Assembly (NCBI GenBank): GCA_966125105.1
Contig: CBHXZU010000001.1
Location: 1 to 41,561, forward strand
DNA from: an uncultured Prosthecobacter sp.
GTDB lineage: Bacteria > Verrucomicrobiota > Verrucomicrobiia > Chthoniobacterales > Chthoniobacteraceae
Length of the DNA: 41,561 nt
Direction: 5' to 3'
In this document: piece by piece, positions 12,001 through 20,053 of the stretch
Position numbering within the stretch: position 1 is the first letter of the stretch
Layout of the letters: each line of letters opens with the position of its first letter
Program-made: the position numbers and the translations under genes
The notes under the pieces: model-generated
Database searches by the model: none
What the model saw: only the letters and a program-made list of their open reading frames with translations
What the model was told of the DNA's origin: nothing

Positions 12001-12699
12001 CCATTTGGACCCTACCGGGGCACGGCAATGGGATCCATCACGGGTTTCTTCACTGGCAATTCCGAAGGTTACGTCTTCAAGAACGGGGTTGCGGAGGGAA
12101 ATGTGCCATGGGGAACTCGGATTTCGAAATGCGGTCGCTATTATTTCAAGTGGGTGGATGCCGGCTGGCTAAACCCGATTGCAGAAGTGTGGTCGCTAGA
12201 GGATCGGAAGCCGCTATTTCGTATCGAATCCGTTGCTGCCCTCGATCGCGGAATGAAGGAAACAACGAACGCGCAGTTGCGCTTTCTCGACGACGATTCG
12301 CGCGTGCTCGCCATAGGAAAGGACGGGAAGTTCATGCAACTCATCGGACTCAATGTTGCCGAAGCGCACAGAACCGTGAGTCCAAACTCCATGCATGTTA
12401 TTTCGCAACCAAACCCATGCGTATTGGAAGGTGGAATTTTCTCCTACAAGGTCCAGGTCAACAACCCCGGACAGATTGCGCAGGTAAAACTGCGAGAGCC
12501 GATCGCTGGAGCTGCAATGACACCCGATGGCACTTTGCAATACCGCGCCCCGGTGAAGGTCGATGCCGCGACGCGGGTGGATTTTCCAATCGAGATCCTT
12601 ACCAAGGACGGCGCCACGCAGATGCATCAGGTTCCCATTTTTGTGATCCCCTGGCAAAGAGCTGCAACTGGCGCGCAGCGCCCACCTGTGTCGATCTAA
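9097..12699 (+). CDS. large lipoprotein, paralog B (1200 aa), unknown function, C-terminal Ig-like domain
   Basis: Starts 17 bp after the stop of paralog A. Signal and lipobox are GRKAGVIASVVLIFAGC followed by KDK (same tgcaaagataag nucleotides as in A). It is collinear with A, for example EIAGGKELLIEFDGAPFWKRFS vs EIAGGRELLVQFEGAPFWKRFS, LLNWPDCIARRGGEVRF vs LLNWPDANVERGGEFKF, and LPSEFYQSPEKVIDVHGP vs LPSRFYYSSDPIKEVVGP. Confidence 0.88.
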   Translation: MSSSRQTIRMFASHLFELGRKAGVIASVVLIFAGCKDKKPGAENTAQAPTAPAVAGASATPPAEAKGKSPGEADKGLPVPISVKQATVMVRVIFGALEPQDFIGAVLQTDAQLDSSSVRRFIALVPGYTEDQLRNASCRFRVFVTTNPRFASDASSYPAALIAYDPKLEMGVFAFTPGLPGQTSGFEQGQIDAASEGRLITAKLEPRAAENPAATEAAPSAKLLELKARKFPLARIGNGNLEISGFEVSSGASALALDSANKLIGFIRLAKEGPARLVQASPEIAATKLPTLTKSGRVPSNQAGSASGADIVEDGTVSVPAEFPLEGTARDIHEIAGGKELLIEFDGAPFWKRFSVTKKAWLPLPEANLSESDLTGNLTHLFVLDRSKGRVTSYGLSDLAKAKEMTLPAEASPYRAIRAGCNNASAPVHVISDRGLVALDSATLQRRNAGLVDKTERWLNRSENGKIRAVGDGLTLVANKGANSAEPVVLSYVNDWTGWIRDFYTNGPREGQLAVSSAYGIQDGTLHSCLNPEAAWLPVEPSNGVKTYQVHQMLIPNAPLVMRLSKARLRSGATATRIELRGFQQERRFGSLVISSAIAMPSYVRTERPMVTFEVESRRFGLVSEDKKTLSIHEVPAEREAGEPILLNWPDCIARRGGEVRFSPRLSGEAKIEAELSGTQTLTPVQVSGSEIAFKIPENEPRQHFLLNLKCTSKSGSVANYRIPLHLIDVPPAAAAALPPSADADQKASKHFGAMLGPQVRRQSLPSEFYQSPEKVIDVHGPISGALVVRTENEKIDFVSMSPFRKVGAMSAPKAAVYYSGGGALFEYDPGTRALTRVEVPTGRRAQSTVFPKNMELAAIALGEGPRDPLTLFIERRKLLDSERYIGPWGDYTFSAWESDRGMLVLDSTTLRQGPWAQPKGSHPFTHSSDGLPERIVGSKNGTILAIKGNLLIITPQYSPIVTRTGVDPFGPYRGTAMGSITGFFTGNSEGYVFKNGVAEGNVPWGTRISKCGRYYFKWVDAGWLNPIAEVWSLEDRKPLFRIESVAALDRGMKETTNAQLRFLDDDSRVLAIGKDGKFMQLIGLNVAEAHRTVSPNSMHVISQPNPCVLEGGIFSYKVQVNNPGQIAQVKLREPIAGAAMTPDGTLQYRAPVKVDAATRVDFPIEILTKDGATQMHQVPIFVIPWQRAATGAQRPPVSI

Positions 12700-12901
12700 T
12701 CAACTCCGGATAGCGTCGGCGCGGCGCTATTACAGCCGGCCGTCTAGGGGCGAAGCAGATATGGGCAATTTCCGCGGACATGGGCGGAAGCGCAGCAAGG
12801 ACACCAACTACTCTACACGGATCGGGTCCGCGACCTGCAGCGCGGATAGGAGCGCGTTCCATGCGAAAGCCGGCTCTCCTGTCATGGGACCGTATTGACC
12901 G

Positions 12902-15019
12902 TTACTGCCACTGGTCGAGCCAGCGGGCTTGCAGCCAGGATTCTGCGGCGACTCGATCCGCTTTCCGCCAATCTCTGCTGATCGTTTCAAACTGGATGTG
13001 ATGACGTTCGCTGAACTCACAAGCTTCGCGATGGTCTCGCGTCGCGAGCGCGTAAACGATCGATTCCGTCGCTCTGAAATGCAGGAACTCCTCTGGGATC
13101 TGGCTCGCCAGGGTTGCGGCAAGTTCGGCGTTCAGGATCGCGATTTTGGAAAGGGCCAGCGGCAGGGGCTGACGGGTTATTCCATTGCCCTTTTCCACCA
13201 TCCACCGCGCGGCAGATTCGGGATCCGAGAGCGCCCATCGTTCCAGGATCACGACAAACGCGGCATTCTCCCTGGCATCGACCGGAGGATGGGCCTCCAA
13301 GTCCTGAACGAGCGCGACGGCGGTTTTCTCGCCGAGCCCAAGGACTTCAACGCAAAGTGTAAGATTCGAAGCCGGGGGCTCGGCGGGATGCGCCAGTTCG
13401 GCGAGCGAGCGTCGGATTTTTTTCAGTGTTTCGGAGTCCGTTGATCCGTCGCGGGAAAGCGGGAGCGTCTTTTTTGAAGAGAGTCCGGCGAAGCGGCTCG
13501 GCGCTGTCGGAGGCTGAGGACGTGCCCGGCTCGCGATTCCGGCATCCGCTTGCGATTTCAGGCTCTTGCGATCTTCCTCTGTCAAGTCCGCCATGCCGTC
13601 CAAGGCTTTGGCCGCATCGTCCGGAGACTTCGAAATCCATCCGGAGGCCAATCCCAGCAGCCATTTTCGGCGGTCCGGCGGCTGGGAAATCTCCCGGGTC
13701 CACGCCAATGCCGACGGACCATCTTGATATCCCCAGTTCATTCCAAATGAGACCAATGCAAATTCCCTGGTTTTCACCTCCTGAATCCTCAAGAGCTCTC
13801 GAGCAACCGCATTGGGCTGATGGCGGCGCGGATCAAACCGAAATAATGCCATCGGGTAATCCCATATTCCGGGGTAGCGATTCATCAGGTCGACCCAGAC
13901 CGAAGGCTCAATCGAATTGAAGGACCTTCTATTCCTGATCCACCAGCTGGCTTGTTTTTCGAAATCCGGAATCTTTGAGCAATACTCAAGGGCAGCCACG
14001 GGATCGTATTGAAACCAAGCCTGGGTGACATCGGATAAGTCCAACAGTGATTTGATCTGCAGGCGTGGAATCACGCCTTTGATCAGCGTCGCGTCACGAC
14101 GCAGCAGAGGATCGATGGCATCCGAGATCGCATAGCGTTGCACATCGGTGGGCGCATTTTTCCACCACCGCAGAAATCCTTCGGGATCGCGAGCTGCCCA
14201 CACCGGGCCCATGGAATGATAGACTCCAACCGCCTGGCCCTTGGCATCCCGCCCGAAGTATGGAAGAAACCCGGTCGCCTCTTTCACGTTGGAGAAGTAG
14301 TGGGCGCCGTGGTCCATGATGAACCGCACCGGCCCGAAACGCTTATCCTGCGGTACGCCCATGATCCATGCGGCGATGGCTTCCGCGGGCCAAAGCAGAG
14401 CGCGCTTTTCCTGCTCGTAAGTCGTGAAATTGGAGCGCTCGCTCTCTGGTAAAAGCGCGATTATCTTGGAACGAAATTCCAGCGCTTCGGCATAAGTTGA
14501 TGCATTGTCCGCAGATTGCAGAAGGCCGAGGAGGAATTGGGCGCGGGCGTCCGGAGCTTCAATTGCCTTGGCCGTTCCCATTGCGGCTTTCCAGTCCTTG
14601 CCTGCCCTGCGCCCGGCTTCGATGGCGGTCAATGGATCGTTGCTGGCCGCTGTCAGTCCCGGGTGCGAAGCAATGACTTCGGGCAGCACTTCGCGCAGTC
14701 CGCAGATGTCTATGGGAATATCAGGTCCCGGGTATGACCACATTCCCGGAATTGCCGCGCGGAGCGCCTTCAATTGCTCGGCATTCAGCAATCGCAGCCA
14801 TCCTGCGATCTGCGCATCCACGAGACGAGAATTGAGCCGGGAGTACGGCTCGAGAACCGCTACGAGTTCTTTGTATTCGGAGGGTGGGCGAGCCGGGAGA
14901 GGAATAACTCCGGACTGAATGTATTGCCCTTCGCTTAAAACTTCCGCGCGGATCGCGTTTGCCGTCCAACAACTGCACAGCAACAAGGGCAGCAACTTTG
15001 ATCGAATAGACATGCGCAA
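12902..15019 (-). CDS. secreted Trp-rich alpha-helical repeat protein (705 aa), unknown function
   Basis: The N-terminus is signal-like (MRMSIRSKLLPLLLCSCWTANAIRA). It is a long uninterrupted ORF with recurring DP/SP-x2-3-A-x2-W-type helical motifs (DPEGFLRWW, SPDDAAKAL, DPESAARWM, ADRVAAESWL). It is convergent with paralog B. Confidence 0.65.
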   Translation of the reverse strand: MRMSIRSKLLPLLLCSCWTANAIRAEVLSEGQYIQSGVIPLPARPPSEYKELVAVLEPYSRLNSRLVDAQIAGWLRLLNAEQLKALRAAIPGMWSYPGPDIPIDICGLREVLPEVIASHPGLTAASNDPLTAIEAGRRAGKDWKAAMGTAKAIEAPDARAQFLLGLLQSADNASTYAEALEFRSKIIALLPESERSNFTTYEQEKRALLWPAEAIAAWIMGVPQDKRFGPVRFIMDHGAHYFSNVKEATGFLPYFGRDAKGQAVGVYHSMGPVWAARDPEGFLRWWKNAPTDVQRYAISDAIDPLLRRDATLIKGVIPRLQIKSLLDLSDVTQAWFQYDPVAALEYCSKIPDFEKQASWWIRNRRSFNSIEPSVWVDLMNRYPGIWDYPMALFRFDPRRHQPNAVARELLRIQEVKTREFALVSFGMNWGYQDGPSALAWTREISQPPDRRKWLLGLASGWISKSPDDAAKALDGMADLTEEDRKSLKSQADAGIASRARPQPPTAPSRFAGLSSKKTLPLSRDGSTDSETLKKIRRSLAELAHPAEPPASNLTLCVEVLGLGEKTAVALVQDLEAHPPVDARENAAFVVILERWALSDPESAARWMVEKGNGITRQPLPLALSKIAILNAELAATLASQIPEEFLHFRATESIVYALATRDHREACEFSERHHIQFETISRDWRKADRVAAESWLQARWLDQWQ

Positions 15020-15172
15020 CCTTACCGATTGGGTGCCGGCAATGTGTCAGAGAGATGTAAAATCCGAGGTTTTACAGGCTCAGGCCGGAGCGGTATTCAA
15101 TCCGAATGATCCGGCGCGCTCCCCTGCTAGTCCGTCGCAAACACGAGCCGCGGGATTTTCGATGCTCGTAAT

Positions 15173-15643
15173 ATGAATCGGGAGAATCTTGCCACTTATC
15201 TCAACGATCATCTTGCCGGCTCCGTTGCTGCGCTCGAACTCCTCGATTATTTGATCAAGAATACGAAGGACACCGTGCACGAACCATTCTTCAGGGCGCT
15301 CAGGAAAGAGGTGGCACTTGATCAGGACGTGTTGCGAATGATTCTGAAACAGATCGGTGCCTCGGAGAGCATGGCACGCAAAGCAGGCGCCTGGCTGATG
15401 GAAAAAGTTGCCCGGGCGAAACTGCGAGTGGACGGGCCTGCGGGTTCGGTAATGGCGCGGCTGGAAGCGCTGGAAGCGCTTCTGCTCGGCATCACGGGAA
15501 AGCGCGCGCTTTGGCAGGTGCTGGAATCTTCCTTTGAGCCTTCCGAAGGATTCAATTTTGTCAGCCTCGCGCGACGCGCGGAGCAACAAATCGCGGCGGT
15601 GGAATCAAAACGAATCGAGGCTGCGCGAGAGGCGATTGGATAA
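15173..15643 (+). CDS. hypothetical helical protein (156 aa)
   Basis: Clean ORF with non-shadow amino-acid composition (MNRENLATYLNDHLAGSVAALELLDYLIKN...). It diverges from the 705-aa gene, and its stop lies 9 bp from the nhaA-fusion stop. I recognised no family with confidence. Confidence 0.55.
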   Translation: MNRENLATYLNDHLAGSVAALELLDYLIKNTKDTVHEPFFRALRKEVALDQDVLRMILKQIGASESMARKAGAWLMEKVARAKLRVDGPAGSVMARLEALEALLLGITGKRALWQVLESSFEPSEGFNFVSLARRAEQQIAAVESKRIEAAREAIG

Positions 15644-15652
15644 TCAGCCGCG

Positions 15653-17518
15653 TCAAACTTCTGCGGACGCAGCGGATTCCTGCGCTGCTCGTTTCCCCCA
15701 GAGCATCGCGGTGCCGGCGACTCCCGCGATCAGGGAAGCTACGAAAATGGCGATCTTGGCCGCGGCGAAGTCTTTCGAATCCGGGTAGGCCTCGCCTGCG
15801 ATGAACAGCGACATCGTGAAGCCGATCCCGGCGAGCGTGGCGGCGCCGGCAAGCTGACGCCACGAGTATTCCGGTGGTTTTTCGGCGATTCCGCTGCGGA
15901 CGGCGAGCCATGCGGCGAGCAGGATGCCCACAGGCTTTCCGAGGACGAGTCCGGTGATGATGCCGAGCATCAGGTTTCCGTGGCTCTGCACGACTCCGAC
16001 CGAGAGAATCACTCCTGCGTTCGCCAGGGCGAAAATCGGGAGCACGAGATAGCTCGACCACGGCTCGATCGTGCGGAGCATCTTGTCCGTCGGGGACTGG
16101 ATGCGACGATGGATGGCATCCATGGTCTGCAAGACCGACTCGGACGGCCCGTGACGCATCACCGCGCCGTCTCCACGCCGGGATTCCGCCTGGATGGCGG
16201 CTTCCGCCTGCGCGAGCAGCGCGTGGAGTTTGGCCGGGGGACGGGCCGGTGTTACCAGCGCCAGGATCACGCCCGCGAGCGTGGCGTGAAGCCCGGCATC
16301 GTGCAGGCAGACCCACAGGATGATTCCGAGGATCACATACGGCAGCGGGCGGTAGATCCCGAAGCGGTTGAGGGCTGCCATCAGGAGTGTCACCACCCCT
16401 CCGGCGATGAGGAAGGGGACGTGAATGGCTTTCGTGTAAAACGCCGCGATGACTCCAATGGCGACGAGGTCATCGATGATCACCGCCGCAGTCAGGAAGA
16501 CGCGCAGTTCCACCGGCACCCGGCTGCCCAGCAGGACGATGATGGCGACCGCGAATGCCGTGTCCGTGGAAATCGGAACCGCCCATCCCGTCGCGAGCGG
16601 ACCTGACGGCACAAAGAGTTTGTAAAAGAGAATGGGGACGACGATTCCGCCGAGGGCGGCAATCACGGGCAGCGCCGCGGATCGCAGCGTGCCGAGGCGG
16701 CCCACGGTGAACTCGCGTTTGATTTCCAACCCGACGACCAGGAAGAACACCGCGAGGAGCCCGTCATTCACCCAATTCAAGAGCGGCAACATCAGGCTGC
16801 CGTTCCCGGTCTGCACTCCCCAGATCGCCGACCAGAAACTGTCGAAAGCCTCTCCCGCCGGTGAGTTCGTCAGAACCACGGCTAGGAATGACATGAGAAG
16901 GAGGAGCAAGCCCGCGGACGGGCCCCAACGCACAAAATCGACCGTTGCTGCATGGATGCGATGCCCGAGTCGTCCAAGCATCGCGTCCGCCAGGGTGTTC
17001 TCATCCCACGCGCCTTCGTAACGGCGACCGTTCAGGAAGAACGTCGGGGTTTCGACAACGCCGCTGTGACCTGCGCTCTGTTCATCCTGCGCAATCCGGG
17101 ATCTTGCCTGCTCTGCCTGATACCGGCCCGATTCATCGAGGTCTGCAGTGGGCGGCGCCACGTTGAACTCACGGGCAATCTCGGCGAAATCCTGATCGGT
17201 GTAGGTCGGCCCGCGCTTCATGAGCGCATCGTGGATCGGCCAGAACTTCCCGGTGGCTTCGTAAGCGCGCTCGGCCAGTTCCGCCGCCCGCCGCGCGTCG
17301 GGGTAATTACGGAGCGGACGATGACGGAACACATACCGCATGCGTTCGCCAAATCGATCGCGCAACTCCGCGATTACCTCGTGAACGGAGTGGCAGTAGG
17401 TGCAGGCGTAACTGCCATACTCCACCACGGTGATCTCTGCCGCCGGATTCCCAAGAACATGATCGCGGGCGAGATCGACAGCGGGATCGAGTTTCGTCGG
17501 GCGCACCTCGGAAGACAT
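15653..17518 (-). CDS. nhaA: DsbA-like thioredoxin domain fused to Na+/H+ antiporter NhaA
   Basis: The N-terminal domain has a CxxC motif ([15 protein letters not shown]) and a DsbA-like layout. The C-terminal membrane domain has NhaA signatures ([40 protein letters not shown]). The likely start is ATG at 17518 (MSSEVRP...). The track ORF extends to 17641, but that extension is Arg-rich and runs toward the MITE. Confidence 0.88.
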   Translation of the reverse strand: MSSEVRPTKLDPAVDLARDHVLGNPAAEITVVEYGSYACTYCHSVHEVIAELRDRFGERMRYVFRHRPLRNYPDARRAAELAERAYEATGKFWPIHDALMKRGPTYTDQDFAEIAREFNVAPPTADLDESGRYQAEQARSRIAQDEQSAGHSGVVETPTFFLNGRRYEGAWDENTLADAMLGRLGHRIHAATVDFVRWGPSAGLLLLLMSFLAVVLTNSPAGEAFDSFWSAIWGVQTGNGSLMLPLLNWVNDGLLAVFFLVVGLEIKREFTVGRLGTLRSAALPVIAALGGIVVPILFYKLFVPSGPLATGWAVPISTDTAFAVAIIVLLGSRVPVELRVFLTAAVIIDDLVAIGVIAAFYTKAIHVPFLIAGGVVTLLMAALNRFGIYRPLPYVILGIILWVCLHDAGLHATLAGVILALVTPARPPAKLHALLAQAEAAIQAESRRGDGAVMRHGPSESVLQTMDAIHRRIQSPTDKMLRTIEPWSSYLVLPIFALANAGVILSVGVVQSHGNLMLGIITGLVLGKPVGILLAAWLAVRSGIAEKPPEYSWRQLAGAATLAGIGFTMSLFIAGEAYPDSKDFAAAKIAIFVASLIAGVAGTAMLWGKRAAQESAASAEV

Positions 17519-17660
17519 GGCGGATGTTGATCTACAGTTTGCGGCGATTGAGTGTAGCCAAATAAATGTTCGTCTAACGCCCGGTCGGAAATGCCCTGAA
17601 ACCTGCGTTTGCATTTCGCGCAAAATGCGTTGGCGGGCCAACGGCCCAATAACAAGCCAG

Positions 17661-17947
17661 CCCAGGGCAAAGCGAGGGACGAGCGTCGCCCCACTGCCAT
17701 TAAGTTAAGCGAGATCGAGACGTTTAAGAAGTGGGTCATCCTGAACGCAGTCAGCGAGGAACGAGCTGCGCAGTGAAGACCCCGCGCCAATTCCGGTGGA
17801 CAACGTTACCCAGAGAAGACCTTTGAAATTAATCCCCTTTCCGCGAGTGGCGCGGGGTCCTTCAGTCGCTTGAAGCTCCATCAGGATGACCCACTTTATC
17901 ACCCACTTCCTGCCTTAGCTTAACGGCAGTGGAGCGTCGCCCTGGGG
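17661..17947. mobile_element. MITE-like long imperfect palindrome, copy 1 (non-autonomous, no transposase)
   Basis: Termini are CCCAGGGC...CCACTGCCATTAAGTTAAGC (left) and GCTTAACGGCAGTGG...GCCCTGGGG (right). Subterminal modules are GTGGGTCATCCTGA and TCAGGATGACCCAC. Inner pairing is GACCCCGCGCC with GGCGCGGGGTC. An 11-nt direct repeat, GAGCGTCGCCC, abuts the CACTGCC/GGCAGTG repeats (17681-17691 and 17932-17942). Local GC is lower than in the flanks. Confidence 0.7.
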
Positions 17948-18182
17948 AACCGTTGGTTACAGGATTAGCTCTGAAGGAGCGTCACACCGGCGAGCCACTC
18001 GCGGAAACTTTGCGAAAGAGCATCTTAGAATCGCGCGGTTGTGTCGCCCGCTTCGGGGCTTGGCATGATTGACCGTCACACCCAGGGCGACGCTCATTCT
18101 TCGCTTTGCCCTCGGGCTGGCTGGTTATTGGGCCTTCGGCTCGCTGCAAAAAGTCGCGTGCCTCATTTTCGAACGGAACCCG

Positions 18183-19880
18183 TCAGCTGTAGGTGCCGAG
18201 CATTTGGTGAACGCCTTCCACCGCCATGCCTCCTTCTCCGACTGCCGCGGCGCATCGCTTCACAGAGCCAGAGCGCACATCACCTGCGGCAAAAACTCCC
18301 GGCTGGCTCGTCTCGAGCGGGGTAGGTTTGCGCTCCGCATTTTTCCACGCTGGCGAATTCACCACCGCGGGGCCCGTCTTGATGAAGCCTCGCTCGTCGC
18401 ATTCGATCTCGGGCGGCAGCCAGGTCGTGCACGGCTTCGCGCCGATCATGGAAAAGACCGCGGGCGTCTTGATCGTCCGGCGCTCGCCCGTTTTTGTATT
18501 CTCGATCTCCACGGCTTCGAGGCGCTTCCCGCCCGACATCGCGCGAATCTCGGTGCGATAGAGGATTTCAACGTTCTCCTTCGTCTCCACCCGCCGGGAC
18601 AAGTAGCTCGACATGCTTTTGGATAGCGTGTCTCCACGAACGACCAAAAACACCTTTGCGGCATTCTCAGAAAGGAACATCGCGGCTTGTCCCGCAGAGT
18701 TTCCACCGCCGGCCACAATGACGGTTTCCCCACGGCAGAAGTTTCCCTCCATCGCCGTCGCAGCATAATAAACGCCCAGCCCCTCGAAGTTTTCCCGCCC
18801 TTCTGCATCGATGCGGTTGTAGTCCGCGCCCGTGGCGATGATCACGGACTTCGCGCGCAATGTGGCCATGCAGCCTTCGCTGTTAATGGAGGCTCTGTAT
18901 TCGCCGGGCGAAAAGCGAAGCATCAATGCTTGCGAAGGTGTGCAGAACTTGGCGCCAAAGCGGAACGCCTGGAGTTGCGCCCGGTAGGTCAGCTCGCCGC
19001 CGCCGATGCCGGTAGGGAAGCCGAAGAAGTTTTCGATGAGCGAAGAGGATCCCGCTTGTCCGCCCGGCGCATAACTTTCCAGCACCACCGTTTCGAGTCC
19101 TTCCGAGGCCGCGCACACTGCGGCGGCGAGTCCTGCCGGACCTGCGCCAACAATCGCCACATCGCAGAAGATCTCGCGTTCTCCCTCCCGAGCGAGCGGG
19201 CGCAGCAGTCCCGCGATTTGGGCCACTTCGCGAAGCGACGGCTTGCGCAATGGCATCCCATCGGCGGCGATCAGCACCGGCAAATCGCGCGAGGCCACAT
19301 TCAGCCTTCGGCAAAGGATCTGCCCGTCTTCGCTCTCCGTTGCGATCATGCGGTGCGGGATTTGGTTTTTATCCAGGAAGTCGTGCAGGAGATGCCCCTC
19401 GCGAGAACCACTCGTGGCGAGGATCCGCAAGCCCGTGAAATCCCGGTCACGGCGGAGTCGCTTCCGCCGCATGATGAATGCGTTCACGATCGGCTCACCC
19501 ACGCCCGGCAATTCTGCCAGCGCTTTGCGTAGATGTTTCGCCGGGATCTCGAGGACTTCCGATTCCTCCGCCTTGCCGCGTCCGCTTGCGAGGACGGAGG
19601 TTCCATTGAGCATGGCGACGTCGCCCAGGAACTCGCGTGGCTCCGCGACGCCAAGGTTGAGTTCGCGGCCATCGCACAGCTCGAAGACTTCCAGTTCACC
19701 GGAGAGGATGACCATCATCCCGAGGTCGCGCTCGCCCGCGGTGAAAACGATCTCGCCCTTGCGGACGGTTCGCCGTTTCCCCAGCGGCTCGAGCAACGCG
19801 AGTTGCCGGTCATCCAGTTTTGGAAAGGCGATGCTCTCCGTGTCTCGATAGAATTGCTCGTCTGCGTCCAGCTCGTTCAT
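18183..19880 (-). CDS. cyclic-nucleotide-binding-like domain + thioredoxin-reductase-like FAD/NAD(P)H oxidoreductase (565 aa)
   Basis: The N-terminal domain is a CAP/cNMP-type beta-barrel (GEIVFTAGERDLGMMVILSGELEVFE...EFLGDVAMLNG). FAD motif: DVAIVGAGPAGLAAAVCAASEG. NAD(P)H motif: VIVAGGGNSAGQAAMFLS. The C-terminal motif GVFAAGDVR is present. This architecture matches the known family annotated as cyclic nucleotide-binding domain-containing thioredoxin-disulfide reductase. Confidence 0.88.
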   Translation of the reverse strand: MNELDADEQFYRDTESIAFPKLDDRQLALLEPLGKRRTVRKGEIVFTAGERDLGMMVILSGELEVFELCDGRELNLGVAEPREFLGDVAMLNGTSVLASGRGKAEESEVLEIPAKHLRKALAELPGVGEPIVNAFIMRRKRLRRDRDFTGLRILATSGSREGHLLHDFLDKNQIPHRMIATESEDGQILCRRLNVASRDLPVLIAADGMPLRKPSLREVAQIAGLLRPLAREGEREIFCDVAIVGAGPAGLAAAVCAASEGLETVVLESYAPGGQAGSSSLIENFFGFPTGIGGGELTYRAQLQAFRFGAKFCTPSQALMLRFSPGEYRASINSEGCMATLRAKSVIIATGADYNRIDAEGRENFEGLGVYYAATAMEGNFCRGETVIVAGGGNSAGQAAMFLSENAAKVFLVVRGDTLSKSMSSYLSRRVETKENVEILYRTEIRAMSGGKRLEAVEIENTKTGERRTIKTPAVFSMIGAKPCTTWLPPEIECDERGFIKTGPAVVNSPAWKNAERKPTPLETSQPGVFAAGDVRSGSVKRCAAAVGEGGMAVEGVHQMLGTYS

Positions 19881-20053
19881 CCTCTGCGTGCGTCCTAGAA
19901 GAGTTCTTTAACAGTAGAGCGGGTGTTTGTCTCCAATCTCGTTCGGCGCGCGCCGCTCTGGGAGGAGCATGATGAGATGGCCCAGGGGTGGTGCCATGCA
20001 GATGATCGCGATCTCTGCCGCCGATGCCACACGGGAGTCGGTTCCCGAGACCG

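Noticed and set aside
15561-16316. 251-aa ORF on the minus strand overlapping nhaA out of frame; likewise 20995..21717 overlapping the aminotransferase and 18687..19532(+) antisense to the TrxR-like gene
   Set aside because: The composition is extremely Arg/Pro/Gly-rich. These ORFs overlap well-supported genes in alternative frames.
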